Shown: positions 10,675 to 20,301 of the stretch, in pieces | How positions within the stretch are numbered: the first letter of the stretch is position 1 | How the letters are laid out: each line of letters opens with the position of its first letter | Origin: Roseiflexaceae bacterium | GTDB lineage: Bacteria; Chloroflexota; Chloroflexia; Chloroflexales; Roseiflexaceae | Direction: 5' to 3' | Assembly: GCA_046303375.1 (NCBI GenBank) | Contig: JBKCGB010000071.1 | Span: 3,919 to 67,918 of the forward strand | Length of the DNA stretch: 64,000 nt | Made by a program: the position numbers and the translations under genes | Notes under the pieces: model-generated | Databases searched by the model: none | Told to the model about the DNA's origin: nothing | Seen by the model: only the letters and a program-made list of their open reading frames with translations

Positions 10675-11535
10675 GTGGATATACCAATGACAAATGATGA
10701 TTCCCATTCATTATACGACCCACGCAACAAACTCAACGATATGACAAGCAAAGAATGGACGTATGCGCTCAGTTCGGTGCTGAGTACACACTACCCAGCC
10801 CGTGGGCTACAGAGCATGGCTCATCAACTGCGCAAACGCCATCCGTCGCCCAAACCACCGCAGCTCATCGCCGAGTTGATTCGTTTTTTTACCAAACGAC
10901 ATGGACGTGTACTCGACCCATTCTGTGGTACTGGGAGTAGCCTACTTGCGTGTGCTATGACCGATCGCTGGGGGGAAGGAATCGACTTGAACGCGGAATA
11001 CCTCCAACTCTACCACGATGTAGCAGAAACACTTGGTATGCCACAGCTACCGTATCACGTCGGCGATGCAAGCACGTCTACAATCTATTCTCAGCTTTCT
11101 GATGGTCTTTTTGACTTTGTCGTCGCAGATCCGCCATACCTATCCATGTTGAATCGACGGCGTACCGGACACCGCGCCAAACGTGGCCAATCTGCGGCTA
11201 CACCCTTTAGCGACGATACGCGAGACCTGGGAAATATGCAAAGTGAGCATTTTTTTACGTCGCTGGTGCAAACCATGACACTGTGTAGTCAACAACTGCG
11301 TGAACACGGTCATATGGCAATCTTTATCAAAGATATGCAACCGGATGCACAACACCACAATATGCTCCACGCAGATGTGGTCAATGCGATGAATGTACTC
11401 AAATCGATGCGCTTTCGTGGCTACCGAATATGGCATGATGCGAATATTAATCTGTTCCCATTCGGTTATCCACATACGTTTGTAGCCAATCAAACTCATC
11501 AGTTTATTCTAGTTTTCCGCAAAGAAACAGCATGA
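10675..11535 (+). CDS. SAM-dependent amino-methyltransferase (N4/N6 DNA methylase-like, DPPY motif) with permuted motif order
   Basis: Motif X plus motif I (HPSPKPPQLIAELIRFF...VLDPFCGTGSSLLACA) precede motif IV (FVVADPPY). In the common beta-class DPPY enzymes the order is the reverse. The start is uncertain (ATG at 10675, 10687 or 10741). No endonuclease gene lies nearby. Confidence 0.7.
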   Translation: MDIPMTNDDSHSLYDPRNKLNDMTSKEWTYALSSVLSTHYPARGLQSMAHQLRKRHPSPKPPQLIAELIRFFTKRHGRVLDPFCGTGSSLLACAMTDRWGEGIDLNAEYLQLYHDVAETLGMPQLPYHVGDASTSTIYSQLSDGLFDFVVADPPYLSMLNRRRTGHRAKRGQSAATPFSDDTRDLGNMQSEHFFTSLVQTMTLCSQQLREHGHMAIFIKDMQPDAQHHNMLHADVVNAMNVLKSMRFRGYRIWHDANINLFPFGYPHTFVANQTHQFILVFRKETA

Positions 11536-11582
11536 CACCGTGTGGCAGTACCACACGGTGTCATCAGTGCACGGCACGAGAA

Positions 11583-12047
11583 TTATTGGGGTGCTTGCCA
11601 GACGTCGAATGATTCGTCAGCACGCAACCGACTCCCAATAGCAACTGCAGCACTTACCAATACGAGATTTTTGATGATGTACTGCCCTTCGAGTGTCAAC
11701 ACAAAAGGAAAGGCAGTCCACACCAGCTCAGGTGTCAACACTAGCGGCAACAGCGTCCCACCCATTTGCAAAAATAACAGCATGATGGTGACACGCATCC
11801 CACGCCCAAGCAAGAATCCAATGCCGATTGCAATCTCCCAGAACGCGAGCACTGGCATGAAATATTCTAAAGGCAAAAAACTTAACGACGCACGGATGAG
11901 TCCATCTGCAGGACTTAATCCGGGTATCAATTTGAGCGCTCCAAACCACACAAACACGATTCCCATCGACCAGCGCAAAAGCGTCGTTGCGTTGCGTTGC
12001 ATCCAGCACGTCACCGTGCGATCGACTCGTAATAAAAAGTGTGTCAT
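11583..12047 (-). CDS. DoxX/YkgB-like small integral membrane protein
   Basis: There are four hydrophobic segments ([56 protein letters not shown]). GGAGGAG at 12060-12054 sits 6 nt upstream of ATG 12047, so I prefer that start to the ORF-track start at 12104. Confidence 0.55.
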   Translation of the reverse strand: MTHFLLRVDRTVTCWMQRNATTLLRWSMGIVFVWFGALKLIPGLSPADGLIRASLSFLPLEYFMPVLAFWEIAIGIGFLLGRGMRVTIMLLFLQMGGTLLPLVLTPELVWTAFPFVLTLEGQYIIKNLVLVSAAVAIGSRLRADESFDVWQAPQ

Positions 12048-12145
12048 ACTCATCTCCTCCGAGTCGTCTGCTTGACCTGCATCTATAGTACCAGCTTTGT
12101 ACATATTCGCACAAATACCAAATCACAAATTATTTATATCATTTT

Positions 12146-12154
12146 TGTTATAAT
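12146..12154 (+). promoter_or_regulatory. extended -10 promoter element (TGTTATAAT) upstream of the LysR gene
   Basis: The sequence tttTGtTATAATtaaag is an exact TGnTATAAT match. It lies ~33 nt upstream of ATG 12187 and ~23 nt upstream of the AGGAG RBS (12177-12181). No good -35 element was seen. Confidence 0.5.
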
Positions 12155-12186
12155 TAAAGTCAGATAGCTAGCAAGCAGGAGCACTT

Positions 12187-13074
12187 ATGGACATTCAGCA
12201 TTTACGAGTATTTATGGCAGTAGCAACACACTTGCATGTAAGCAAAGCAGCACAGACGTTACACCTGGCACAGCCGGCGGTGAGTCGTGCAATCCGAGAG
12301 CTCGAACAATCGTGTGGTGGTGTCGCGCTCCTGCAAAAAGTAGGACGCAACATCAGACTAACCGAAGCAGGGGAGGTTCTGCTCGGGCATGCACATCGCA
12401 TCCTGGCAGAAATCACTGATGCGCAGATGAGTATGCAAGCGCGACGTCACGCCACTGCTGGGCGAGTACGTATTGGGGCGCCACCCACCATTGGACAACG
12501 GCTTTTGCCACCTGCGCTCGCACGATTTCGGGCGTTGCATCCTGCAGTAGAACTCCGCATCGAACAAGGTGGTACTTCACAACTTTTGACGCACCTTGAT
12601 TTGGGTGAAATCGACATCGCAGTGGTCACAATGCCTGTCCCAACGCGACACCATCACATAGAAATTCTCTTTGATGAGCCTTTGGTGGTGGTCATGCATC
12701 GCACGCACCCACTTGCACAACACACGCAGATCGCACTCGAGATGCTCAGCGATGAATCATTTTTACTGTATCCAGCGGTCTATGAAATGCACAACACCAT
12801 TATTTCGGCATGTAAAACAGCCGGATTCACACCAAAAATCGCACTCGATGGTGGTGATGTAGGCTTATTGCTCGAGCTTGCAGCAGCAGGTCTCGGAGTA
12901 GCCATTGTGCCACAATTGGCGATTCGGGGTAATGAAGAAATCGTCGCACGCCCACTATCGGCACCAGTGCTCACACGACAAATGGCACTGATTCAGCGTA
13001 GCGACCGCTCAACTACCGTTGCAAGTCGAGCACTTTTTGAGGCATTAGCGCGCGATTTACGCATGGAATTGTAG
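12187..13074 (+). CDS. LysR-family transcriptional regulator
   Basis: The N-terminal wHTH is MDIQHLRVFMAVATHLHVSKAAQTLHLAQPAVSRAIRELE. A ~200-aa substrate-binding-like domain follows. The gene is divergent from the membrane protein gene. Confidence 0.92.
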   Translation: MDIQHLRVFMAVATHLHVSKAAQTLHLAQPAVSRAIRELEQSCGGVALLQKVGRNIRLTEAGEVLLGHAHRILAEITDAQMSMQARRHATAGRVRIGAPPTIGQRLLPPALARFRALHPAVELRIEQGGTSQLLTHLDLGEIDIAVVTMPVPTRHHHIEILFDEPLVVVMHRTHPLAQHTQIALEMLSDESFLLYPAVYEMHNTIISACKTAGFTPKIALDGGDVGLLLELAAAGLGVAIVPQLAIRGNEEIVARPLSAPVLTRQMALIQRSDRSTTVASRALFEALARDLRMEL

Positions 13075-14454
13075 ATCACGATGTAACGTCTGTACTGCCG
13101 AGACAACTTCGTCATCTGGCAACACAAACGACATATAATGACCAAACACGGTACGCGCAACCACGAGTGGATGAATTTGAGCGGTACCGAGTGCCAACCC
13201 GACCATGGGAACCAATGCGCCACCGTGGGCTGCACTAATCACAGAAACTAACGCTACCGGTGTGATATGAGTAATCTGATACCCCTCCGTGAATGCTTCG
13301 GCGAAAATCTCGGCAGTATAAGTGGCATCTGGTTGGCGCACTAGCACCATCAATGTGCGATCAAGATCGCTTTGATGCACCAGGAGTGTCTCAATACCAG
13401 AGCGAGCAAGGCGCGTAGTGACGGCACTGGCGTATTCTTGGGTCCATGCATCATGAACAGTCGGGAGTGGGCTAGCGGAGGCAGCCACAAGTGAGAGCCC
13501 ACGTGTAGAAATGATGGCCGCCGAGGCATGATTCCCCAGTGGTTCATCCGAAACAACGGTGCCGACCAACATCGGCTCGTATATATTTGCAATGCGCAGA
13601 GGAATACGTCGAGATGCAAGTGGCATGAGTGTGCGAATATGGAGAATTTCAGACCCAGAAAGGGTGGCCATTTCAGCAGCTTCAGCATAGGTGAGCTTTG
13701 GAAGCGTCATGGCATCAGAGACGATTTTTGGGTCAGCTGTTAAAATCCCATTCACATCGGTCCAGAGGCAGACTTCTTCGACATCGAGGGCCGCACCAAT
13801 TAAGGCCGCCGTATAATCACCACCCCCACGTCCAAGCGTGGTGACAACACCAGCACGTGTGGCTCCCGTGTAGCCGGTCACCACCGGCACAATCCCAGCT
13901 TGCATGGTCGGCAACAGACGTTCACGGATTCGTTGCAGTGAATCGTCTACAAACGCACGTGCAGAGCCAAAGTGATCGTCCGTGACAATCAGTTCAGTCG
14001 CATCAAACATTTGCGCGGCAACACCATTTTGACGCAGAATCACGGCAACAAGATGAGCAGCAAAGCGCTCTCCGAGACTTGCGATTGCATCAATGCCACG
14101 AGGAGAATACTCGCCAAGTGTGGCCATTGCACGTGTCAATCGATCAAGTTGCTTGAGTAGTTCGGAGAGTTTCTGGAACAGCATTTCGCGTTCCCAGTCA
14201 TCAGTGACCATTTTTTCAGCAATTTGGCGATGGCGATTCCATAGTTCACGGCGCACCACATCCGTCTCAGTCTCACCACCATGGACTGCCGCTCGCGCCG
14301 CACGCAGCAAAGCATCGGTGATACCTGGGAGTGCGCTGCACACCACTGCCGGTGTTGTACCCGCCGTACGATGCAGTTCACGTACAATTTTGACTGATTC
14401 ACGCATCCGTTGCGCATCAGCAAAGGCAATACCACCGAATTTCAGGACACGCAT
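13057..14454 (-). CDS. lysC: aspartate kinase
   Basis: It starts MRVLKFGG and carries LGRGGGDYTAALIGAAL, with C-terminal ACT-like repeats. At 465 aa it lies 20 nt downstream of metF. Confidence 0.92.
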   Translation of the reverse strand: MRVLKFGGIAFADAQRMRESVKIVRELHRTAGTTPAVVCSALPGITDALLRAARAAVHGGETETDVVRRELWNRHRQIAEKMVTDDWEREMLFQKLSELLKQLDRLTRAMATLGEYSPRGIDAIASLGERFAAHLVAVILRQNGVAAQMFDATELIVTDDHFGSARAFVDDSLQRIRERLLPTMQAGIVPVVTGYTGATRAGVVTTLGRGGGDYTAALIGAALDVEEVCLWTDVNGILTADPKIVSDAMTLPKLTYAEAAEMATLSGSEILHIRTLMPLASRRIPLRIANIYEPMLVGTVVSDEPLGNHASAAIISTRGLSLVAASASPLPTVHDAWTQEYASAVTTRLARSGIETLLVHQSDLDRTLMVLVRQPDATYTAEIFAEAFTEGYQITHITPVALVSVISAAHGGALVPMVGLALGTAQIHPLVVARTVFGHYMSFVLPDDEVVSAVQTLHRDLQFHA

Positions 14455-14474
14455 GATGCACCTACACTTCGCCT

Positions 14475-15386
14475 TTAGCGCTGCTGTAAACCAGCCTGCG
14501 CAACCACCATTGGAATCGCTTTGGTCCAGCCCACCGACATGATATGAACTCCACGCACCCCATCAATAGCAAGTAACTGCTGACAGAGTTCAGCCGCAAT
14601 AGCCACACCCTCTGCTTCAGGGTCGCTTGCAGCCTGCATCCGGTCAATAATCGACTCTGGCACGCGCGAACCAGGCAAGTGATCACGCAAAAATCGTGCT
14701 GATTGCGCCGATTTAATCACCATGACACCAGCCATAATGGCTGCTCGCTGATGCAGCCCAAGTGCACGCACATCGTTCATCCATTCTGCAAATCGCTGCA
14801 CATCAAAGATGATTTGTGTCTGAATAAACTCTGCACCAAATTCTATTTTGCGTTCAAGGCGTGTCGCCTTTTCGATGTTGGGATTAGCCACACCACCTAT
14901 ATAAAAAGATGGCGCTTCAGAGAGCATCGTGCCTGACGAAAATGTCTTTTGATCGCGGAGTGTACGCAATGTTTTGATGAGCTGAAATGAGTTCAAGTCG
15001 AGCACATTTTTTGCATCGGGATGATCACCAATCTTGGGATGGTCACCAGTCATTGCCAGGATATTTGTGACACCACATGCTGCTCCGCCTAGGGCATCCG
15101 CTTGGAGAGCTATACGATTACGGTGTTGACAGGTCATTTGTGCAATGACCTCATAACCGTGTTGACGCAAAAAGATGGCAGCACTCATGGCAGACATGCG
15201 ACCTAGTCCACGCTGGTTATCTGTAAGATTCAAAGCATCAACGGCAGGTGCCAGCTGTGAAGCAATGTTGAGTAATGCTGTTGCATTCGCACCACGGGGT
15301 GGTGCAATTTCACCAGTAACCACTATCCGACCGGATGCAAGTTGTTGGTGTAATTGACTAAAAAACACACACACTCCTTTATTCAT
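14475..15386 (-). CDS. metF: methylenetetrahydrofolate reductase
   Basis: The MTHFR-family motif pattern is present: VTGEIAPPRG, LNLTDN, MTCQHRN, NILAMTGDHP. The start is uncertain. ATG 15386 abuts the upstream terminator tail, and the in-frame GTG 15368 is preceded by AAAGGAG. Confidence 0.85.
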   Translation of the reverse strand: MNKGVCVFFSQLHQQLASGRIVVTGEIAPPRGANATALLNIASQLAPAVDALNLTDNQRGLGRMSAMSAAIFLRQHGYEVIAQMTCQHRNRIALQADALGGAACGVTNILAMTGDHPKIGDHPDAKNVLDLNSFQLIKTLRTLRDQKTFSSGTMLSEAPSFYIGGVANPNIEKATRLERKIEFGAEFIQTQIIFDVQRFAEWMNDVRALGLHQRAAIMAGVMVIKSAQSARFLRDHLPGSRVPESIIDRMQAASDPEAEGVAIAAELCQQLLAIDGVRGVHIMSVGWTKAIPMVVAQAGLQQR

Positions 15387-15427
15387 AACAAAACGCAGGC
15401 TACCGGTGCTACTCCGGCAGCCTGCGT
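15387..15427 (-). terminator. intrinsic terminator downstream of the PhyH-family gene
   Basis: The minus-strand RNA reads ACGCAGGCUGCCGG-AGUAGCA-CCGGUAGCCUGCGU, a 14-bp stem with one G-U pair, followed by UUUGUU. Confidence 0.8.
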
Positions 15428-15440
15428 CACATGCCGGGCT

Positions 15441-16271
15441 CTATTGTGCAACTCCTACCGCTTTGGTTACACCTATCATCTCAACGGTACGAGTACCATC
15501 ATGTTCTACCCACACCCCACATTCGCTGCCGTCTTGGCTCTCAGCAAGCGACATTTCAGTGCCGTCGAATTTGAGCGCTGGATGGTACCACTTATATACT
15601 TTCTCCGCTTCGCCGACCACATAATGACCAATCAGTGAACGACGAAAGCGATCTGTACTGGTGTTTGGCAGACTACCATGAATCAGCTGACCATTAAAAA
15701 AGAGCACATCGCCAGCCTGCATAATGATCGGTTGCACGGTCATGCCTTCTGGCACTGGCACTGTAACGTCTGTGAAGCTTTGCGTAGTATCAGCTGCAGT
15801 CGTACAGAGCACGGGCAATGCATGACTACCCGGTACAACTTGCAAGCAGCCATTTGCTTCATCGCAGTCATCGAGTGCCAACCAGGCCGCACAACACGTC
15901 CCAGGCTCGACACGCAAGTAATATTGATCCTGATGAAGTGCTTGACCACGTGCCGATGGTGGCTTGTAATAAATCATCGTCTGTACTGCGTATGGTTCGC
16001 TCCCCAAAATCGCCGTCATCACATCACGCAACCGCACATCGAGCAAGAACTTGAGACTGACATCATCCCAGCGATGCATTTGGAGCATGCGCGGATAGCG
16101 TTTGAGCGGGTCTTGCGCATCTTTGATGGCACTTGTATCACCTTTTTGGCGCTTTTCTTCATTCATTTGCATGTAGTGCGCCAACAACGTGTCTACTTCG
16201 TGGCGTGAATACAGTCCACGCACAACCGTATATCCTTGGGTTGCAAAAGTCTGTACATGTGTATCGTACAT
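15441..16271 (-). CDS. PhyH-family Fe(II)/2-oxoglutarate-dependent dioxygenase
   Basis: The N-terminus FATQGYTVVRGLYS is typical of PhyH. The facial triad candidates are HQD (ALHQDQYY) and a distal His (LIHGSLPN). The ORF track begins at GTG 16274, and ATG 16271 is the next codon. Confidence 0.85.
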   Translation of the reverse strand: MYDTHVQTFATQGYTVVRGLYSRHEVDTLLAHYMQMNEEKRQKGDTSAIKDAQDPLKRYPRMLQMHRWDDVSLKFLLDVRLRDVMTAILGSEPYAVQTMIYYKPPSARGQALHQDQYYLRVEPGTCCAAWLALDDCDEANGCLQVVPGSHALPVLCTTAADTTQSFTDVTVPVPEGMTVQPIIMQAGDVLFFNGQLIHGSLPNTSTDRFRRSLIGHYVVGEAEKVYKWYHPALKFDGTEMSLAESQDGSECGVWVEHDGTRTVEMIGVTKAVGVAQ

Positions 16272-16287
16272 CACAGTATTCCTTTAC

Positions 16288-17154
16288 TTATGCAGGAAAG
16301 AGTGGTGCCATCTCTTGGAGCTTCAAGAGTTGCTCCATCGCTAAATCTGAGGGCGCATGCACATAGCGTGTAGCTGCATCAAACACACGTGGCAAAATAG
16401 TCACATCTCCAACTGTGTTGAGGAATATTCCTTTGCGGCTGAGCACCCAATGCACTGCCGTATCAATGTGTGTTTGTTCAGTGAGTGGTTCATACCATGT
16501 GGAACTATTGCGATCGACACCTTCGGGCCATGGGCGACGCACGATTGCTTTGATTGTCTGTACCGCTACGTTTCGTTCACGGCATCGATTCAAGAGTCGT
16601 TCAAAGTCCAACGCATATTCGGGATTCTGCATGAGAATGTAGCTATAGGGCAGCAATACACTATCAAAATCAAATTGCTCAAGTGATTGGAAGTGGCGTT
16701 TGGCGACTGGTAAACCATGACCGGTCACACCAATATATTTCACCACACCGGCCTTTTGCGCTTCGATGCACGCTTTGAGTGCGCCGTCCGGCCCCATTGC
16801 AATTTGCCATTCGTGTTCGTCGACAAGATTGTGTAGCTGGATGAGGTCAATGTGACTGACTCCCATACGCTTGAGTGACGTACGAATTTGATCACGAGCC
16901 GCAGTATAGGTGCGTTCGCCAGTTTTGGTTGCCAAGAAAAACTGATCGCGTCGCCCATCTCGGAGCCACGGCTTGATGCGATCTTCTGAATCGCCATAAC
17001 TGGCAGCAGTATCAATATGATTAATGCCAAAGCGCAACAAATCTTGCAAGGTGTTGTCAGCCACACGTTGGTCAACATTACTAAGCGCAGCTGCACCAAA
17101 TATCGTTTTGGTGCTCATGTGTCCAATCCGACCAAACGGTTGTGTCGCAATCAT
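16288..17154 (-). CDS. aldo/keto reductase
   Basis: The AKR motifs are [17 protein letters not shown] and [15 protein letters not shown] at 17167-17161 lies 6 nt upstream of ATG 17154 ([11 protein letters not shown]), so I prefer that start to the ORF-track start at 17214. Confidence 0.88.
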   Translation of the reverse strand: MIATQPFGRIGHMSTKTIFGAAALSNVDQRVADNTLQDLLRFGINHIDTAASYGDSEDRIKPWLRDGRRDQFFLATKTGERTYTAARDQIRTSLKRMGVSHIDLIQLHNLVDEHEWQIAMGPDGALKACIEAQKAGVVKYIGVTGHGLPVAKRHFQSLEQFDFDSVLLPYSYILMQNPEYALDFERLLNRCRERNVAVQTIKAIVRRPWPEGVDRNSSTWYEPLTEQTHIDTAVHWVLSRKGIFLNTVGDVTILPRVFDAATRYVHAPSDLAMEQLLKLQEMAPLFPA

Positions 17155-17223
17155 GGTAGACCTCCTTGTGACTCTTGCACAGTCAGTGTAACACACATTA
17201 ATTAGGCGAATCATGCGGCAGGT

Positions 17224-20200
17224 TTACCGTACTGCATCCTCACGCATAATCCGATCGAAACATTCCAACAGATAATCAGCGTTCCCACTATCAAATGGCA
17301 TCGGAGGACGGATTTTGACAACGTTGTGAAACGGGCCATCAGTCCCGGCAAGTATGCCATAATCGCGCAATCGATTCGACACATACGATGCTTCACTTTC
17401 GCCCGGCTCAAGTGTGACATGATCACGCACAAGCTCGACACCGAGAAACAAACCTGCACCACGCACATCGCCGATCATGCGGTGATGTGGCGCAATTGCA
17501 CGTAGCCCTGCCAAGAGGTGGTTGCCAACTGTCAATGCATTGTGTTGGTGTGGTTCATCGCGCAGCACATCGAGCACGGCCAAGCCAGCTGCCATTGATA
17601 CGTTGTTGCCACCAAACGTCGCAAAATACTCCATGCCGTTATCAAATGCATCTGCAATGGCACGCGTCGTAACGACGGCACCCATAGGTTGCCCATTTCC
17701 TATTGGCTTCCCCATGATGACAATATCAGGCACCACACCGTGCGCTTCGAATGCCCAAAAGTGTGTGCCAATACGGCCAAATCCGACTTGGACTTCGTCA
17801 GCCATGCAGACCCCGCCAGCAGCACGTACATACGTATAGACATCGGCAAGATACCCAGGCGGTAAAACGATTTGTCCACCCACACTCGGCAATGTTTCAG
17901 CAATATAGCCACCCAATTTGCGCCCCTTGGCATGAATGCGTGCAATTACATCTTGGACTTGGGCAGCATATTTGGCACCTGCCATCGCATCATTACGCTT
18001 GAACGGCCCTCGATAATCATCAGGAATAGGCGCAGTATGCACCCAGTCCGGGGCACCTGTTCCCCCTGGGCCATCATGTTTATAAGGACTTATGTCAATC
18101 AGTGTACTGGTATGACCATGATATGCAGATTCCAATACAATGATGTCTTGTGCACAGGTATATGCTTTCATCAAGCGTATTGCAAGCTCATTAGCCTCAC
18201 TCGCAGAATTCACAAAATAGCACACTTCGAGTTCAGCTGGCAATGTCGCAGTCAAACGTCGGGCATAGGTTTGCATTTGATCGTTGAGATAGCGCGTATT
18301 AGTGCTCAATAACGCATACTGAGATGTGGCAGCCTGCACGACTCGCGGGTGACAATGCCCCACATGCGCCACGTTGTTGTAGGCATCAATATATACTCGC
18401 CCCGTACTATCGTAGAGATACTGGCGCCAACCGCGTACTATTTTGAGCGGCCGCTTATATGAAATACTGAGATTCCTGCCAATACGTTGCCGCCGTTCAG
18501 CGAGTGTCGTCGTCAGCGGTATTTGCGCTGGTGGAAAGCGCTCCGCATCCATACGCAGAAGCAGATTAGGGCTGGGGGAAAGTGACTCCCATATACGCTG
18601 TTGTGATGCATACCCCACACCAGGAAAGTCACGGCCCATGTCAAGAAAATCCAAGATGATTTGAAAATGCACATGCGTCGGCCATTTGCCGTTCACATCT
18701 GGCACACCAAAACTTCCGATACGTTGACCAGCGGCAACTTGCTGCCCCACAATCAATGTACGCATTGATTCATCACTCAGATGACCATAAACGGTATAAA
18801 ACGGTATCCCTGTGTCAGTATGATGCTCAAGAATGGTCAAATACCCATAATCGAGGTGCGCAGGTAGATACTCGAGCATATAAACACGCCCTGGTAAGAC
18901 CGCATGGACTGGCGTACCGGCTGGCCCCCAAAAATCAATTGCAAGATGGAGTGTGCGCCGTTCGCTAATAACATCGTCAGCTGAAGCATAGCGATCAGTC
19001 GTATATATCAAGCGTGGTTCGAGGTAGCCACCTATACCGATACGACCATCCATGTAGGATTCAATCACGTGTGCAAAACGTGGCATCGTGGCATTGCGTG
19101 GATCAGCACCGAGCACCGTACTACCCACACTGAGGTCGAGTGCCACCGTCTCATGAGCGGCTAATTCACGCCCCAAAATCGGTGCAGTTGATTGGCGCGC
19201 TATCCAAGATACCACCGCATCATGCTGCGGGACAGGCACCAAACCACACGCAGCTCGTAGCCGATAATGAATCATACGTGGATGCGCAGCGGTAAACACC
19301 GCAAGGAGTGCCCACGCAGGAGCTTCACTGACACTCATATACGGATCATCTGGACGCTCACGTTTTCGAATAGACGATACAGTCACACTGATACAAAGAC
19401 GCATACAAACCAGATCAAATAGCACCGCGATTTCGGCTTCATTCAGCGGAAATTGTGCATGAAACGCTGCCACCATCACCATCAGTGCATCGAGTGGTTG
19501 TGGATGGCGCATCACTGCATATGCAGCAGCAATTGCCAATTCACTGACCACAGCAGTATGCATCATGTCACCAAAATCCAAAAGACCAGTCACCGCACGT
19601 GCCATATAGCCAGGTCGCCCTACAACTACGTTGTAGTCGTTGGCATCGCCATGAATCACACCATAGCGCAGTGCTGAGGCGTGTGTAGCAAGTGTTGCGT
19701 TAAAACGCTCAAGATGCTGTGTAACAAGTTGACGCTGTGCATCATCGGTGAATGTATCTAGCGAGTCAGCAATCCATGCACCACGCATTACATCCCATTC
19801 TAGTGAACGATGTGTGGCCGGATGCACAAACGATTGAAGTACGTGAGCAAGCTGACCTAGCACGCGCCCCAGATCTGCGATCAACACATCATCAATCGGA
19901 TTGGCGTCTGCAAACAACGTGCCATCAAGATACTCGAGCATCCAGACGATATGCGCATTGCCAGCAATCTGACACACTGACCAAGACTTCCCAGATTGCT
20001 GCGGGACCACCCGCTGTACAGGGATTGTCGTTGCATGGGTACGAATATGCATGAGTGCAGCAATTTGCATTTCTACGAACGCAGTCTCACGATGCGGGTG
20101 CATCACTTTCAGTACATAGTGGCGGCCATCGGGCGCAACGAGCAGTGCGTTGGTATCGTATTCACCCGGAAGGCGTTTAACTATAGGCGTCAGTGCATAT

Positions 20201-20265
20201 TCACGCTGTACAACTGCAATGATATCGGCATCGTTGAGTAAAATCGGTTTATCCGCTGATAGCAT
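17224..20265 (-). CDS. three-domain fusion: APH/choline-kinase-like kinase, M23 (LytM-type) peptidase fold, and class-III PLP aminotransferase fold (phospho-lyase-like)
   Basis: The kinase spans aa ~20-330 (HGDANDYN, LLDFGD). The M23 module spans aa ~400-545 (HLAID, GTPVHAV, HVHFQ). The PLP module spans aa ~590-1013 (ADEVQVGFGRIG, MGKPIGNGQPMG). It is one uninterrupted 1013-codon frame. Confidence 0.9.
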   Translation of the reverse strand: MLSADKPILLNDADIIAVVQREYALTPIVKRLPGEYDTNALLVAPDGRHYVLKVMHPHRETAFVEMQIAALMHIRTHATTIPVQRVVPQQSGKSWSVCQIAGNAHIVWMLEYLDGTLFADANPIDDVLIADLGRVLGQLAHVLQSFVHPATHRSLEWDVMRGAWIADSLDTFTDDAQRQLVTQHLERFNATLATHASALRYGVIHGDANDYNVVVGRPGYMARAVTGLLDFGDMMHTAVVSELAIAAAYAVMRHPQPLDALMVMVAAFHAQFPLNEAEIAVLFDLVCMRLCISVTVSSIRKRERPDDPYMSVSEAPAWALLAVFTAAHPRMIHYRLRAACGLVPVPQHDAVVSWIARQSTAPILGRELAAHETVALDLSVGSTVLGADPRNATMPRFAHVIESYMDGRIGIGGYLEPRLIYTTDRYASADDVISERRTLHLAIDFWGPAGTPVHAVLPGRVYMLEYLPAHLDYGYLTILEHHTDTGIPFYTVYGHLSDESMRTLIVGQQVAAGQRIGSFGVPDVNGKWPTHVHFQIILDFLDMGRDFPGVGYASQQRIWESLSPSPNLLLRMDAERFPPAQIPLTTTLAERRQRIGRNLSISYKRPLKIVRGWRQYLYDSTGRVYIDAYNNVAHVGHCHPRVVQAATSQYALLSTNTRYLNDQMQTYARRLTATLPAELEVCYFVNSASEANELAIRLMKAYTCAQDIIVLESAYHGHTSTLIDISPYKHDGPGGTGAPDWVHTAPIPDDYRGPFKRNDAMAGAKYAAQVQDVIARIHAKGRKLGGYIAETLPSVGGQIVLPPGYLADVYTYVRAAGGVCMADEVQVGFGRIGTHFWAFEAHGVVPDIVIMGKPIGNGQPMGAVVTTRAIADAFDNGMEYFATFGGNNVSMAAGLAVLDVLRDEPHQHNALTVGNHLLAGLRAIAPHHRMIGDVRGAGLFLGVELVRDHVTLEPGESEASYVSNRLRDYGILAGTDGPFHNVVKIRPPMPFDSGNADYLLECFDRIMREDAVR

Positions 20266-20301
20266 GGCTTCCTCTTATCAATATACGTTTGTGCCTTAAT
20301 T

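Noticed and set aside
10675-11535. Considered whether the methyltransferase marks a restriction-modification or other defence island
   Set aside because: The flanking genes are a GT4 glycosyltransferase, a DoxX-like membrane protein and a LysR regulator. There is no nuclease, helicase, ATPase or specificity subunit within several kb, so it is treated as an orphan enzyme.
11542-12075. 177-aa plus-strand ORF covering the whole DoxX-like gene on the opposite strand
   Set aside because: The translation is low-complexity (Ser/Asn/Thr/Pro-rich) with no recognisable motif or RBS. The minus-strand frame gives a regular four-TM membrane protein with a GGAGGAG RBS. It is an antisense shadow ORF.
14455-14474. 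Looked for a lysine or SAM riboswitch upstream of aspartate kinase and metF
   Set aside because: Only 20 nt separate metF and lysC. The metF ATG abuts a terminator. There is no space for an aptamer.
15678-16208. 176-aa plus-strand ORF inside the PhyH dioxygenase gene
   Set aside because: It lies antisense to a well-supported CDS and has no RBS or motif.
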